A model generated the notes under the pieces. It did not search any database. It was not told where the DNA came from and saw nothing but the letters and a program-made list of their open reading frames with translations. This document shows positions 50,389-60,676 of a stretch of 64,000 nt of DNA, one piece after another. The stretch is from Cyanobacteria bacterium P01_A01_bin.123 (lineage in GTDB: Bacteria > Cyanobacteriota > Cyanobacteriia > Phormidesmidales > Phormidesmidaceae), in NCBI GenBank assembly GCA_039815185.1, contig JBCBZT010000024.1:1-64000 (forward strand), given 5' to 3'. The translations under genes were made by a program, and so were the position numbers. Numbering within the stretch: the stretch's first letter is position 1; each line of letters starts with the position of its first letter.

Positions 50389-50438
50389 GTTTGGCAGATA
50401 TTCAAGGTGGTTACGACGCCAACCTTGACAACATTCTG

Positions 50439-50466
50439 AAAAGGGTGACAATTGTCACCCTTTTTT
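50439..50466. terminator. Bidirectional terminator between petA and the Cache operon
   Basis: Perfect palindrome AAAAGGGTGACAATTGTCACCCTTTT. Confidence 0.8.
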
Positions 50467-50473
50467 ATGGCGT

Positions 50474-51757
50474 TTATGCACTGCCTTTCGGTTTACGCAG
50501 TTCTTTAGCTTTGCGACGTAACTCTCGGAAGTAGTCAGTTTCAGTAATTTCAGCGACTTGACGCGTCTTTTTAGCCTGATCAATTTCAATTCTCAACTCG
50601 GCGACTTGCCGTTTTAACTTTTGTTCTCTGGCGTAGACTTGCTCTGCCATGGTTTGAAAGACACTGGCTAGTCGCCCCAGTTCATCAAATCGCCGTTTAA
50701 CGATTTCTATGGCCGGTGAATGGGTTGCTTCGTACTCACCCGCTTCGATGGCTACAGCCACATCAGTCAAATCTAGGACAGGCTTAGCAATTTGACGAGC
50801 CAGCAAATATATCATCACCAGCATGAGTCCGACAGTCCCTAAGCCAATCAGCAAAATTCCGTGGGCGAGTCGCACCGCAGGGCGAAAGGCTTCCTGTTGA
50901 GAAATTTCTGCAAGCAGGGCTAGGTTACTGCCGCTAAGCCAGCGATAGACCCCAATCACGGGCACATTGTCATAGTTGATGTAGAGATCTGCCCCCGTGC
51001 GTCCTTGAATGGCCGTATTAATGCCTTGGCTAGACATGCCTTGGATAAATTGGCCCGCTTCGGCATTGTCGCTGGCGATAAACTGATTGCGTCCAGAAAG
51101 CTGTTTGACCAGGTACGTCTCTCCCGTCTCGCCTAAACCGGTGCGATCGCGAATAAAACTATCAATCGCCTGCAAATCTAGCGTCAACGCCAAAACGGCA
51201 ATTCGTTGACCAGTGTTGTCATCGATGGGAGTAGCAAAGGTAATCGTGGGTTCCCCTGTGAGCGAAGAAATATAAATATTGGGGACAACGTTGGTTTCTT
51301 GCCCCGGCTCAAAATAAGTCGTGTTGTTGCCTAAGCCTTGATAGGTACCTTCTTGGGATTGGTCGGTAGAGAGCAATACGATGCCGCCATTAGTCAAAAT
51401 TGAAATTTCTTGAACGTCGGATTTGATATTTAAGAATATTTCAAAGTAGTCACTCAAGAACTGAGCATCTTGGCTGATGTCTAAAGTCCCTGGATCGCTA
51501 GCTAATCCATTGATACGGGTAATCACTTCCGGTGACTGTGCCAGCAACATCGCATCTCTGCGCTGACTAGTAAACCATTGATTGAGTTCATATTCTTTCA
51601 AAGATGCGGCAACCTCGAGGCGATCAAAAATTGAGGCTTGTAAGGCGTCTTTGGCCCGACCGTAGGCCGTAAATGCCACAAGCCCAACGGTCACTATCGA
51701 CAATATGGAAAACGTGCCGACGAGCTTTAGGAGGAGACTTTTTCGGAGCAATTTCAT
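50474..51757 (-). CDS. Membrane Cache-HAMP receptor with short C-terminal tail and no catalytic output domain
   Basis: TM, Cache (LGETGETYLV, NY..VPVIGVYRW), TM, HAMP (DELGRLA..F..M), tail LRIEIDQAKK.RQVAEITETDYF. Confidence 0.85.
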   Translation of the reverse strand: MKLLRKSLLLKLVGTFSILSIVTVGLVAFTAYGRAKDALQASIFDRLEVAASLKEYELNQWFTSQRRDAMLLAQSPEVITRINGLASDPGTLDISQDAQFLSDYFEIFLNIKSDVQEISILTNGGIVLLSTDQSQEGTYQGLGNNTTYFEPGQETNVVPNIYISSLTGEPTITFATPIDDNTGQRIAVLALTLDLQAIDSFIRDRTGLGETGETYLVKQLSGRNQFIASDNAEAGQFIQGMSSQGINTAIQGRTGADLYINYDNVPVIGVYRWLSGSNLALLAEISQQEAFRPAVRLAHGILLIGLGTVGLMLVMIYLLARQIAKPVLDLTDVAVAIEAGEYEATHSPAIEIVKRRFDELGRLASVFQTMAEQVYAREQKLKRQVAELRIEIDQAKKTRQVAEITETDYFRELRRKAKELRKPKGSA

Positions 51758-51796
51758 CGCTGAGGACTCTAAAGATGGGTTGGCACAAGGGAGAAC

Positions 51797-53542
51797 TTAG
51801 CGGTCAGACTGCTTGAGGGATTCACTAAGGTCGCGATTGTTAGTTTCTGGATTGAGCTGAGGGATGGGCAATCGATTTTGGGCGCGGCGGCGGATGCCCC
51901 ATAGCAGCAATGACCCCACCCCGGTGAAGGCCACGCCTCCGAAAAAGATGGCTTTGGCCAATTGACGGGCAGGGTTAAACACTTCCGCTTGATTGATCTC
52001 AGCTAATAGCGCCAGGTTCTGATCGCCGACCCAGCGATAAACACCAATCACAGGGGTCTTGGCGTAGTTTAGATAAAGCCCTTCTCCCTCTTGGCGGTTA
52101 ATGGCGTTATCAATACCCCGGCTCGAAACCCCAGTTTGAAACTGTACGTCAATGTCTTGTCGCTTTGAGACAAATTCGCTTTTGATCAGCGAAGATCGTC
52201 CCACCAAGTAGGTTTCGCCAGTGTCACCTAAGTAGTTGCGATCGCCCTCGCTCAAGTTAATGGGTTGGCGGATGCGTTCATCTAAGTCAGTGAGGTTTAA
52301 ATCGACTGCGAGTACTCCAATCCGCTGTCCGGTTTCATCCACAACCGGGGTGGCAAGAGTAATCAACAGCTCGTTCGTTAGGGGCGACACGTACAGGTTG
52401 GGTTCAACCCGATCGACCTGATCGGCAGTGAAGTAAGTTGTGGTATTTTGCAGCGGTTGATATTGCCCCACTCGTCTATCGTCGGCAGAGAAAACCACAA
52501 TGCCGCCGTTCGTCAGTAGGGCGATGTCCTGTTGACCAGGTGCTTTTGTCTGGAGTTCGGCAACATATTGGCTGATAGCACTGTAGGCTGTTGCCTGAAC
52601 GTCGCTGCTACCTGCCTGCTGTAGCAAGATTTTGAGATCGGGTAACAGCGCTGGATCAACGGCGGTATCTAAAACGGCATTGGTTTGTCGATCAAACCAA
52701 GTCGTTAACTCGCTTTGCTTTAGGTCAGCAGCTCGCCCCAGTTGCTCAACGCTAGGGCCAATTAATGATGTTCGCACGGTGACATACACCCCAAAGGAGA
52801 CCACGCTCGCGACCAATAGCCCTGCTAAGGGGAAGTAGCTAATCCAGGGCCCAGATTTTGCGTCATTGCTCTCTGGGACTTTGGGATTGGGGGTAACGGA
52901 TTGCGATCGCGCCTTAATCAATTCTCGAACCCGCTGTTTGAGATAGAAATAGCCGCCGCCCAAAAGCGGAACAGCGGGCATCAACAGCAACCACAACGCG
53001 GAAGGCGGATTAGTGTCTTGACCCGGTAGCAACAAGGGTTGTTGACCAAACGAGGTTGGTATCCAAACGACGGCTTGGCCAAACAGGGCAGTCGTTGAAG
53101 GTAGGGATAAGGGTTGTCCCGGAACTAACTGTTGCCAGGTTTTTGCCCCAACGATGCCATCGACCTCTAAGTTTTGATCTTCCTGAAACGCTTCTACGGC
53201 TGTCAGAGTAGCAGGGCCAAAAATACCATCCACAGTGTCCAAATCATACCCTTGGATTTGTAACTGCTGCTGCAACCGCTCGACTGCTTCACCGCGTTGA
53301 CCTAGGGTCAGGATTGGGGTAGGCGTAATCTGCGCATTCTGATCACCTTGGCGGTTTCGGTCACTCGGAGGGCGATTGGCTTGCGTAACTACAGATGCTG
53401 CCACGGGCACAGGTGAAATTTCCGCCGCGATCGCTCGATTAAGGCCATCCTGTACCCAGGAGCTACCGCCCCAACAGCTTGCCAGGGTCAGCGTTAGGCC
53501 TACGGTTTTGAGTATGCGGTGTACTGGAAACGAATGCCCCAT
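51797..53542 (-). CDS. Peptidoglycan-binding plus Cache-domain membrane protein
   Basis: Signal peptide, PG_binding_1 motif (V..LQQ.L...GY....DG.FGP.T..AV..FQ....L.VDG.VG..TW), TM helices, Cache region paralogous to 50474-51757. Confidence 0.85.
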   Translation of the reverse strand: MGHSFPVHRILKTVGLTLTLASCWGGSSWVQDGLNRAIAAEISPVPVAASVVTQANRPPSDRNRQGDQNAQITPTPILTLGQRGEAVERLQQQLQIQGYDLDTVDGIFGPATLTAVEAFQEDQNLEVDGIVGAKTWQQLVPGQPLSLPSTTALFGQAVVWIPTSFGQQPLLLPGQDTNPPSALWLLLMPAVPLLGGGYFYLKQRVRELIKARSQSVTPNPKVPESNDAKSGPWISYFPLAGLLVASVVSFGVYVTVRTSLIGPSVEQLGRAADLKQSELTTWFDRQTNAVLDTAVDPALLPDLKILLQQAGSSDVQATAYSAISQYVAELQTKAPGQQDIALLTNGGIVVFSADDRRVGQYQPLQNTTTYFTADQVDRVEPNLYVSPLTNELLITLATPVVDETGQRIGVLAVDLNLTDLDERIRQPINLSEGDRNYLGDTGETYLVGRSSLIKSEFVSKRQDIDVQFQTGVSSRGIDNAINRQEGEGLYLNYAKTPVIGVYRWVGDQNLALLAEINQAEVFNPARQLAKAIFFGGVAFTGVGSLLLWGIRRRAQNRLPIPQLNPETNNRDLSESLKQSDR

Positions 53543-53545
53543 GCC

Positions 53546-54934
53546 CTAATTCCATTCAGCAAAAATGCGCTTAATATCTGCGATCGCCGTGTCTGCTGCC
53601 TCCTCTGGGGGCAAGTTTTGGGTGACGATATCGTGGACTGCTTTGCCCCAAACATTATTAGCTTGAACTTGGCTGTAAGCCGGGTTCAATACGGTATACA
53701 AGGGGCGGGTCAACTCAAACTGCTGACTTGCCACCAAGACATGGGGATCACTCTCGTCTGTCCAAAATGGGCGCTCTAACAAATCAGGCATTACTGGGAA
53801 AAATCGCCCCTGGGCGCCCTCAATATAGCTGGCTAAAACATCCGGTTGAGTCAAATAGCGAATCAGGTCTTTCGCCTGCTCAGGCTGATCGGAATCTTCC
53901 AGCACAACGACTTGTTTCGTGGAGGTGACATAGCGCATGGGTTCGCCACTGGGTTTATTCGGCCAGAGTACCGTCGCCATCTGCTCCTTGTAGGTCACCT
54001 CGTCCTGCCGCTGAGACCCTGGAATCGACATAGTGGCATTCGCCGTCATTAGGGTTAATCGACTCAAAAATGTCACGTTATTGTCAGGATCGCCCCAATC
54101 AATAGCATTCTCAGGTACATAACCCGAGCGATAAAAGTTGGTGTAGTCTGCCAATGCCCGAATAATCCCCTCGCGCACGCCTGGATCATCTAAGCGTAAT
54201 TGTCCGTTGCTGTCGAGCAACTCAACGTCATAAGCTTCTAAAAACTGCTCAAACAAATAAGTCGTGTCGGTTGCTGCCACTGACATCGGCAGACCGACGG
54301 CATAAATTGAATCGTTGCCCGTCTTTTGTCTCACCCCTGCCTGGGCCTGAGTCCAAACCTGCCAGAAGTTATCCCACACCATAGGAATCGAATTATCATC
54401 AACTCCGGCATCAGCCAATAGGGGTTTCCAGTAATGAATATGGGTAGTTTGCTGAGACAGTGGCACCGCATAGAAGCTGCGATTGCCAGCCTGATTGTTT
54501 TGATAGTTGACACTTTCCAAGGCCTCAGGCGTGTAGAGGTCTTGAATCGGTTCAATCACATCGGAGACATCCGCCAACTTGCCTTGCCATGCCAAAAGGG
54601 GGATAACGTCAAAGGCAATACTGTAGCCGTAGAGCACATCTGGGGGGTTACCGGCTTCAATGGCGCTTTGGCTTTGCTGAATTAAATCTTTTTCACTGTA
54701 GAAAACCAAATTGGCCTCAATGTTATTCTCAGCAGACCAATCATCAACTGCCTGGCGAATGGCTTCTGTTTCTTCGGGGTAATAGCCCTCGCTCCACCAA
54801 ATCTCTAACGCCGAATCTGCCCCGGTAGTTGGATCACCACCTGCAGACAGCTGATTGCAGGCAGTTAGTCCGCTGAAACTAACTAAGACAGGTAGCGCTA
54901 GCGGCAATAAGTTACGACGCATAGTGATAATCAT
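53546..54934 (-). CDS. ABC-type (carbohydrate-family) substrate-binding lipoprotein
   Basis: Lipobox LTAC, AGNPPD, YAVPL, W...DNN..FL. Confidence 0.88.
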   Translation of the reverse strand: MIITMRRNLLPLALPVLVSFSGLTACNQLSAGGDPTTGADSALEIWWSEGYYPEETEAIRQAVDDWSAENNIEANLVFYSEKDLIQQSQSAIEAGNPPDVLYGYSIAFDVIPLLAWQGKLADVSDVIEPIQDLYTPEALESVNYQNNQAGNRSFYAVPLSQQTTHIHYWKPLLADAGVDDNSIPMVWDNFWQVWTQAQAGVRQKTGNDSIYAVGLPMSVAATDTTYLFEQFLEAYDVELLDSNGQLRLDDPGVREGIIRALADYTNFYRSGYVPENAIDWGDPDNNVTFLSRLTLMTANATMSIPGSQRQDEVTYKEQMATVLWPNKPSGEPMRYVTSTKQVVVLEDSDQPEQAKDLIRYLTQPDVLASYIEGAQGRFFPVMPDLLERPFWTDESDPHVLVASQQFELTRPLYTVLNPAYSQVQANNVWGKAVHDIVTQNLPPEEAADTAIADIKRIFAEWN

Positions 54935-55121
54935 AAGCTTGGCATGTGGACTCTCTCTTACTTATCAAACCCGCTTTTACTAAGAAACTCCCAAGTCCGC
55001 AACAGAGATTGAGAATTGACAGGCATATTTTCCAACCTAACCTCTATCCGGCTCTAGTACGATCAGACTTGAGTCGAGAAAATGTTCGGCGTAACCCGAA
55101 CACCAGATGGAACCTTTGGGA

Positions 55122-56162
55122 CTACCAAGTGCAAAATCCCCAAAGCCAGAGGGGCAACATCAGCAACAAGACCACAGAACTTAACCCCACAGATGTCACC
55201 GCCAGATCCCGATCGAGGTGATAGGTTTCAGAAAGCACCAGGGTTGCAAAGGCGCAAGGCATGCCCGACTGCAACACCATGACCAATCTAGCTGGCCCCT
55301 CAATGCCAATTGCCGTTAGCGTCATCCCCACCACTAGGGGAATCAAGAACATCTTAATGCCTACAGCTATAGACGCAGGCTTCAGATTACCCCAAGATGT
55401 GAGTTGCTGCAGACGCATGCCCATGAGTGCTAACGCCAACATCACCATTAACCAAGCAAAGCCATTGAGAACAATATCAAGCAGTTCGGGAAAGACAACC
55501 GGACGCAGGGCTAACCCTGTAAAAAACGCTAAAATCGTCGGGTTTTTGACGACTTCTGTTAAGGCTGTGAGGCGCTGTCGGTTAGGCGGGCGCGATTGAT
55601 CATCTCTCCCCGGTGTTTTGGTGCCAAATTGGGCGGCTAGAATCACCCCGAGGACATATGCTCCCAACAGTGTTCCCAACACGTCATAAAACAATGCCCA
55701 ACCAAAGTAGTCGGGGCCTAGTTGGGGCAGTAATAACACAACAGGGAACCCGATGTAGCCCGTGTTGCCAAACATTGAACTGAGGGAAAAACTACCTTGA
55801 GAGGGTTGGGGCCACGCTCGGCGGTAGGGACGCACCCACAGACGACTGCATAGCAGGGCTAACAAGATAGCCGACCAAGCAACAAGCGGGGCCATGAGTA
55901 CAGAGCCTGATAAATCCGCTCGATGTAAAAAATTGACAATGCTCAGTGGCACCCCGATCAAGAACAAAAATTTGCCCAGGTAGGTGGGAATGTCACGGTT
56001 GAGTTGGCGTTTAAAGCGGCGCTTGAAGAGGGGTAAGCCCAGAAAATAGCTAATCCCTGCGCCAATGATCACGGCAGTGCAGATGGGTAGATAGAGTTGA
56101 AATAGAAAGATAAGCGGATTCACGCCTTTAACACCCTTTAGGAAAATAAACCTTGGCCACAT
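55122..56162 (-). CDS. AEC (auxin efflux carrier / malate permease-like) family transporter
   Basis: GNTGYIGFP, KNP, QSGMPCA...LVL.E.Y.LD; about 10 TM helices; start uncertain. Confidence 0.9.
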   Translation of the reverse strand: MWPRFIFLKGVKGVNPLIFLFQLYLPICTAVIIGAGISYFLGLPLFKRRFKRQLNRDIPTYLGKFLFLIGVPLSIVNFLHRADLSGSVLMAPLVAWSAILLALLCSRLWVRPYRRAWPQPSQGSFSLSSMFGNTGYIGFPVVLLLPQLGPDYFGWALFYDVLGTLLGAYVLGVILAAQFGTKTPGRDDQSRPPNRQRLTALTEVVKNPTILAFFTGLALRPVVFPELLDIVLNGFAWLMVMLALALMGMRLQQLTSWGNLKPASIAVGIKMFLIPLVVGMTLTAIGIEGPARLVMVLQSGMPCAFATLVLSETYHLDRDLAVTSVGLSSVVLLLMLPLWLWGFCTW

Positions 56163-56295
56163 CCAGACCGCTAGCTTGCTTGAGCGAAAAGCTTAAGCGT
56201 TTTTCCTCAAGCTAAGAACTCCAAGTTTCAAATCGGATATGGTTTAGCGGCAAAACAATACAAACAACAATAATCGGAACCGACTCCCTTACTCC

Positions 56296-58569
56296 TTACT
56301 TTGCCCAAACCTCAGGTTGCAATCCGGATCTTTGCAAAATTAGGGGTGCCGTTAAAAAACCGGTGTTTAATTGAGTTTTGGGTTTATGCCAGTGGCCATA
56401 GGCGATCGCGACCTCGACTGCATATTGGGGTGCACGGTGGGCTAGATCCACAGGCACGATGCCCAGAATACCAACGGGCAGCGGCGTTTTGTCCAGGCTG
56501 GGTCTTAGGTGGATGGGTAGATGTTGACTCAAGTCAGGGTCGAGGGTTTGGAGATAGTGGGTCACGGCTGGATTGTCAGTGGCCACCAGCCAGGTGCCAA
56601 AGCAACGGCAGATTTTGAGCAGTCGCAGGGTGCGTTGTCCCCCCTCACCTAGCCCTTCGTGCTGGCTGTAGAGGTTGAGCGCTTGGTGTACGGCTTGCTT
56701 AACTGACGAAAACTGGCGCTGCTGGTATAGCGTTTGGTAGATCTGATTCAGCGTTTTAGCCAAGGGGGTAAAGCCTTGGCGATCGCGTTCGAGTTTTTCT
56801 AAAAGCAGGGGTAGCACGATCGGGTCTGCGACACCCCGTTGCTGCAAGCGTTCACCCTGACAGGTCAGGTCATAAAGTTCTGAGAGCAGCTGATCCGATT
56901 GGCTAATGATGATTAAATGTTGCTGCCAACGTTGCAAGATGCGATCGCGAGCGGTATTTAAGATGTGCTTAGCGTCACTCAAGGCAGTGGCTTGGCTCAG
57001 GCGTTTCGCCACTGGGTCAAGTTCGGTTGCCACAATCTGACCCAGCACATCCATGTGAGCTTTAGTGCCTTCATTGCCAATCCCTGAGTTGTTCTTGGGC
57101 TCTGAGCAGCGGTTAAACATAACTGCCACACAATCAGTTTCGGGTGTAGTCAGTAGGGGTTGGCTAGCACTGTGCCAATCGCATAGGTACTGAAGCGTTC
57201 GTGCCCCAGCCAGAATATCGGTTCCTTTATGGGGGGCCACGTCGTGGATCACCAGGTCAAATGGCTCAGGGGTATTGACTGTAAAGGCGTGTTTCCAGTC
57301 CGTCGCGATTTGGTGGCGGGATGCTTCACTTTGGCCGAAGGCGGTCGCCCAAATTTGATTGGATCCTTGAGCGATCGCAGAAAACCCATAGGGTTCGACC
57401 AAAGCTAAGCTATCTCGTCGGGTCAACATGGCATATCGAATACTGCTGGCTGTTCTTTCAAGCTGGGCCACAAATGGACTGGCCCCATCCCCGACGCGAG
57501 TGTGGTCGTGGAGTAAGACCTGGGTGCTATGGCTACGGCGAATTTCGTCCAAGCTGGCAATCCCAACGGCTAGCATTTTGTTAATGCCCCCGCTGCCATA
57601 GCGCCCCTCGTAAGGATGAATCTTGGTATCCCCAGCAACCACGGTCAAATGATTTTGAAACAGTAACTTGGGTACCTGGATGGTGTAATGGCGACCCCAG
57701 CGCACCCCAAAACAAGCATCGGTCTGAGGCATCAACGCTAGGGAGAGATCAACCGTTTGAGCCGCAGCGGATTCACAGCGTAGGGTACAACGACTCTCAG
57801 GTGCAAGGGTTTGGCGGAGTTGTTCAAGATGGTCTGAGGTCACACATCTGCGATCGAGGCTCAACTTCCAGCGGCGTTGGCCCATGTGCTTATCCAATTG
57901 GATTAATAGCGCAGCCACTAGGTCTAGGTGTGTGTCCAGTAAGGTCGGGGCAATATGGATAAATAAGCGTGGTGCAGCGGGCATCGTATCGGTTAGCCCA
58001 CTGTGTTGCAATAGTGGGGGGATACGAGCCACATCAGATTTGGTTTTTACGATTGCCGGGACTGTTTGAGCAAAATCCCAAATAGTGACGCGGGAGAGCT
58101 CAGTTGTAATCGCTTTGGTACTTTGCTGGTAAATCTCGAACCCAGCGGCTTCGACTTGCAGATAGCGGTCAGGGCCAATCAACCGTTCAATTTCTTCGGC
58201 AGTCATAAACGGGTGTGTTCCCAAGCCATAAAGCAGTGTGATGTCTAAGTTTGGGTTTTGTTGCTTCAATTGCAACCCGGCATCGATTAGGGTTTGGGCT
58301 GCTACCTGGGTACGCGTTTTATCCGGCAAAACAAACAACAGCCGGTTTGCGATGACTTGTTTAACCGCGATCGCCTGACTGAGGGCCTGGTTCAAATCTT
58401 GGATACACTGCTGCAAAGCCAGCTCTCGGGGGATGGGTTGACCCGGAAGCGTGTTAGGGGTAAAAACATGGTGCTTGGGGGGTAGCTGCAGCGTTTCTTC
58501 AGGGAAACTTTTCAGCTCAACCGAGCTCAGTCGGCTATTTTTCACCGTTGTTCTCGCTTGGATGGGCAT
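56296..58569 (-). CDS. Large LarA (lactate racemase/DUF2088)-like protein with insertions
   Basis: LPDKTRT, GLGTH, HPYEGRYGSGGINKML..GIAS...I..SH match LarA-family motifs. Confidence 0.75.
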   Translation of the reverse strand: MPIQARTTVKNSRLSSVELKSFPEETLQLPPKHHVFTPNTLPGQPIPRELALQQCIQDLNQALSQAIAVKQVIANRLLFVLPDKTRTQVAAQTLIDAGLQLKQQNPNLDITLLYGLGTHPFMTAEEIERLIGPDRYLQVEAAGFEIYQQSTKAITTELSRVTIWDFAQTVPAIVKTKSDVARIPPLLQHSGLTDTMPAAPRLFIHIAPTLLDTHLDLVAALLIQLDKHMGQRRWKLSLDRRCVTSDHLEQLRQTLAPESRCTLRCESAAAQTVDLSLALMPQTDACFGVRWGRHYTIQVPKLLFQNHLTVVAGDTKIHPYEGRYGSGGINKMLAVGIASLDEIRRSHSTQVLLHDHTRVGDGASPFVAQLERTASSIRYAMLTRRDSLALVEPYGFSAIAQGSNQIWATAFGQSEASRHQIATDWKHAFTVNTPEPFDLVIHDVAPHKGTDILAGARTLQYLCDWHSASQPLLTTPETDCVAVMFNRCSEPKNNSGIGNEGTKAHMDVLGQIVATELDPVAKRLSQATALSDAKHILNTARDRILQRWQQHLIIISQSDQLLSELYDLTCQGERLQQRGVADPIVLPLLLEKLERDRQGFTPLAKTLNQIYQTLYQQRQFSSVKQAVHQALNLYSQHEGLGEGGQRTLRLLKICRCFGTWLVATDNPAVTHYLQTLDPDLSQHLPIHLRPSLDKTPLPVGILGIVPVDLAHRAPQYAVEVAIAYGHWHKPKTQLNTGFLTAPLILQRSGLQPEVWAK

Positions 58570-59204
58570 GAAATTAAAATGACGGGATTAGTCTATGCTT
58601 TGAGCGGCGGCAACTCTATAGCGAGGCCAGCCGCCGTAACTCGCTTCATCAGTGTGCCCAACTTTAATGCAATTGGGTCAAACCAGGATGAGATGCTTAT
58701 TTCAGCAAATATGATTCTTGAAGGCATGATAAAGCCCGTAGGCTTAAAGTACTGTTGCAAGCGTTTTTGGAGGTCAGCGTTACAGAAAGGGGCATAGCGA
58801 TCTTTGGCTGCATAGCGACTTATCAAAAAGAATCAAGGGTTTCAGCACCTTATCATTCCAAAACCGTCCAGCTCGTTGTGACAAAACGAGGCTTGTTTGA
58901 GTTGTTACCACTATCGCAGAAATGCACGGTAGAAGAAATCCTGAAAAGTTCAGGTTTATTCAGGTTTGTTCAGGTCAATATTCCGGATAGTGCTTGGCAA
59001 GTATCGATTTATTGATACCCCAAATGGTGGGGTCAAACTTTACGCAGCTATTGTCTAGCCTGTGCGTCTCAAGTCCCCTACATGGCTAGAATCAATCTTG
59101 CTGTGGTTGATTCAGCCGGGGGTTGGGATTGGGGTGTACGATTGCCTTATCTACAATTTGTAGTGGGTTGTGTAGAGTTGGTCGACGGAACGTCGGCATA
59201 TGCT

Positions 59205-59534
59205 ATGAGTCAGCAAGATAATTTTGCATCGGGATTTATCGCCGGAGCCTTCGTTGGCGGTGTGGTTGGCGGTGTAATCGGAGTTTTGGTGTCGTCGCGT
59301 CTTAATCAAGATGAAGGCGATAATGCCAGCGATCGCAGCTTGATCAATCGCTCAGAATCGGGGCAATCCTTTGAAGATATGACCGAAGCTGGTATGGAGA
59401 TTGCTCGTCAGGGACTAGAAAGTAAAATTGCCCAACTCAACGAAGCGATCGACGATGTGCGCCAACAGCTCGATAATGTGAATGGTCACAGCCAGCCGCG
59501 CGTCTATGATGACCCGTCAACGATTGATTCTTAA
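59205..59534 (+). CDS. Conserved small membrane-anchored coiled-coil protein (YtxH-like N-terminus)
   Basis: MSQQDNF..GF.AGA..GG.VGG..G, AR..LE.KIAQLN.AIDDVRQQL; start at 59205 preferred. Confidence 0.8.
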   Translation: MSQQDNFASGFIAGAFVGGVVGGVIGVLVSSRLNQDEGDNASDRSLINRSESGQSFEDMTEAGMEIARQGLESKIAQLNEAIDDVRQQLDNVNGHSQPRVYDDPSTIDS

Positions 59535-59639
59535 GGTTTAGATGCTGCGATTTTGAGTTTGGATCTTGTGTTTTTCCGCTGCCCTAATTAGGGTGTGACC
59601 CGCGTTGTTTTATTCTGCTGCCGATAGCAGCCTTCATTT

Positions 59640-60410
59640 GTGTCTTTTTTTACGCAGCTGGTCTCTGGCAATGCTCTAGTTGTTGGGGCTAGCCAGGGCA
59701 TTGGGTTAGGGTTTGTCAATGCGTTACTACAACAGCCCAATCTGACCCACATTTATGCTACCTATCGCCATGCAGAGGCTGTTTCAGAGCTGCAACTGCT
59801 CAAGACCGCTTTTCCTGAAAAACTGCACCTGTTGCAGATGGATATCACCCATGAAGTGCAAATTGCTGCTGCAATTGCCCAGATACAAGCTGAATTGGGA
59901 GCACTGCATTTTGCCATCAATTGTGTAGGTATTTTGCACGAGGGCACCCTACAACCCGAAAAGAGCCTGCGCCAAATTGAGGCCGATCAATTGCTGCACT
60001 ACTTTAAGGTGAACAGCATTGGCACGATCTTGTTGGCCAAGCATCTACTGCCGTTGCTCAAACACCGCGATCGCAGCGTATTTGCTACCATCTCCGCCAA
60101 AGTGGGCAGTATTGGCGATAACCGTTTAGGGGGCTGGTATGGCTACCGGGCATCCAAAGCCGCGTTGAATATGTTTTTGCACACTGCCGCCATTGAATAC
60201 GGTCGCAAAAGCCCAAAGACCATTTTGGTAGCGCTCCACCCTGGAACTACCGACACCCAACTTTCAAAACCTTTTCAGCGCAATGTCCCGCCAGAAAAGC
60301 TGTTTCCTGTTGAGCGTACGGTGGGGCAACTTATCGCCGTGATTGATGGGCTGGAAGAGTCTGACAGCGGCGAATTTTTTTCTTGGGATGGCAGTCGTTT
60401 GCCTTGGTAG
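59640..60410 (+). CDS. Short-chain dehydrogenase, CsgA/C-factor-like
   Basis: GASQGIG, SAKVGSIGDN.LGGWYGYRASKAALN, LHPGTTDT.LS.PF. Confidence 0.93.
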   Translation: MSFFTQLVSGNALVVGASQGIGLGFVNALLQQPNLTHIYATYRHAEAVSELQLLKTAFPEKLHLLQMDITHEVQIAAAIAQIQAELGALHFAINCVGILHEGTLQPEKSLRQIEADQLLHYFKVNSIGTILLAKHLLPLLKHRDRSVFATISAKVGSIGDNRLGGWYGYRASKAALNMFLHTAAIEYGRKSPKTILVALHPGTTDTQLSKPFQRNVPPEKLFPVERTVGQLIAVIDGLEESDSGEFFSWDGSRLPW

Positions 60411-60450
60411 TCCACTGCTGAGCTCTTCAGAATGATCGCCCTCTCAAAGG

Positions 60451-60650
60451 CTATGCTCCCAAGGCTGTAACCTGGGTTGCTTTGACTAGGCCTACTGCGT
60501 AGGCCAGGGCGGCTTGAACTTGAATCTGGGTCAGTTCATATTCTTGCATGACTTCTGTTTTGCACATGCCGCCAGTTCGGGAGCCAATGACGAAGGAAAC
60601 AGGGACGCGGGTTCCGGCAATCGTGGGCGTACCGTGGTGGATTGTAGCGT
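60451..60650 (-). pseudogene. 5'-truncated DUF433-family antitoxin remnant
   Basis: Manual translation IHHGTPTIAGTRVPVSFVIGSRTGGMCKTEVMQEYELTQIQVQAALAYAVGLV...*; no start codon upstream of the motif before the in-frame stop at 60685-60687. Confidence 0.72.
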
Positions 60651-60676
60651 TGCTACAGGATACCTCAAGTCCAGCC

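Noticed and set aside
58558..59015. Small overlapping ORFs upstream of the LarA-like gene
   Set aside because: No recognisable motifs or RBS; cannot be supported.
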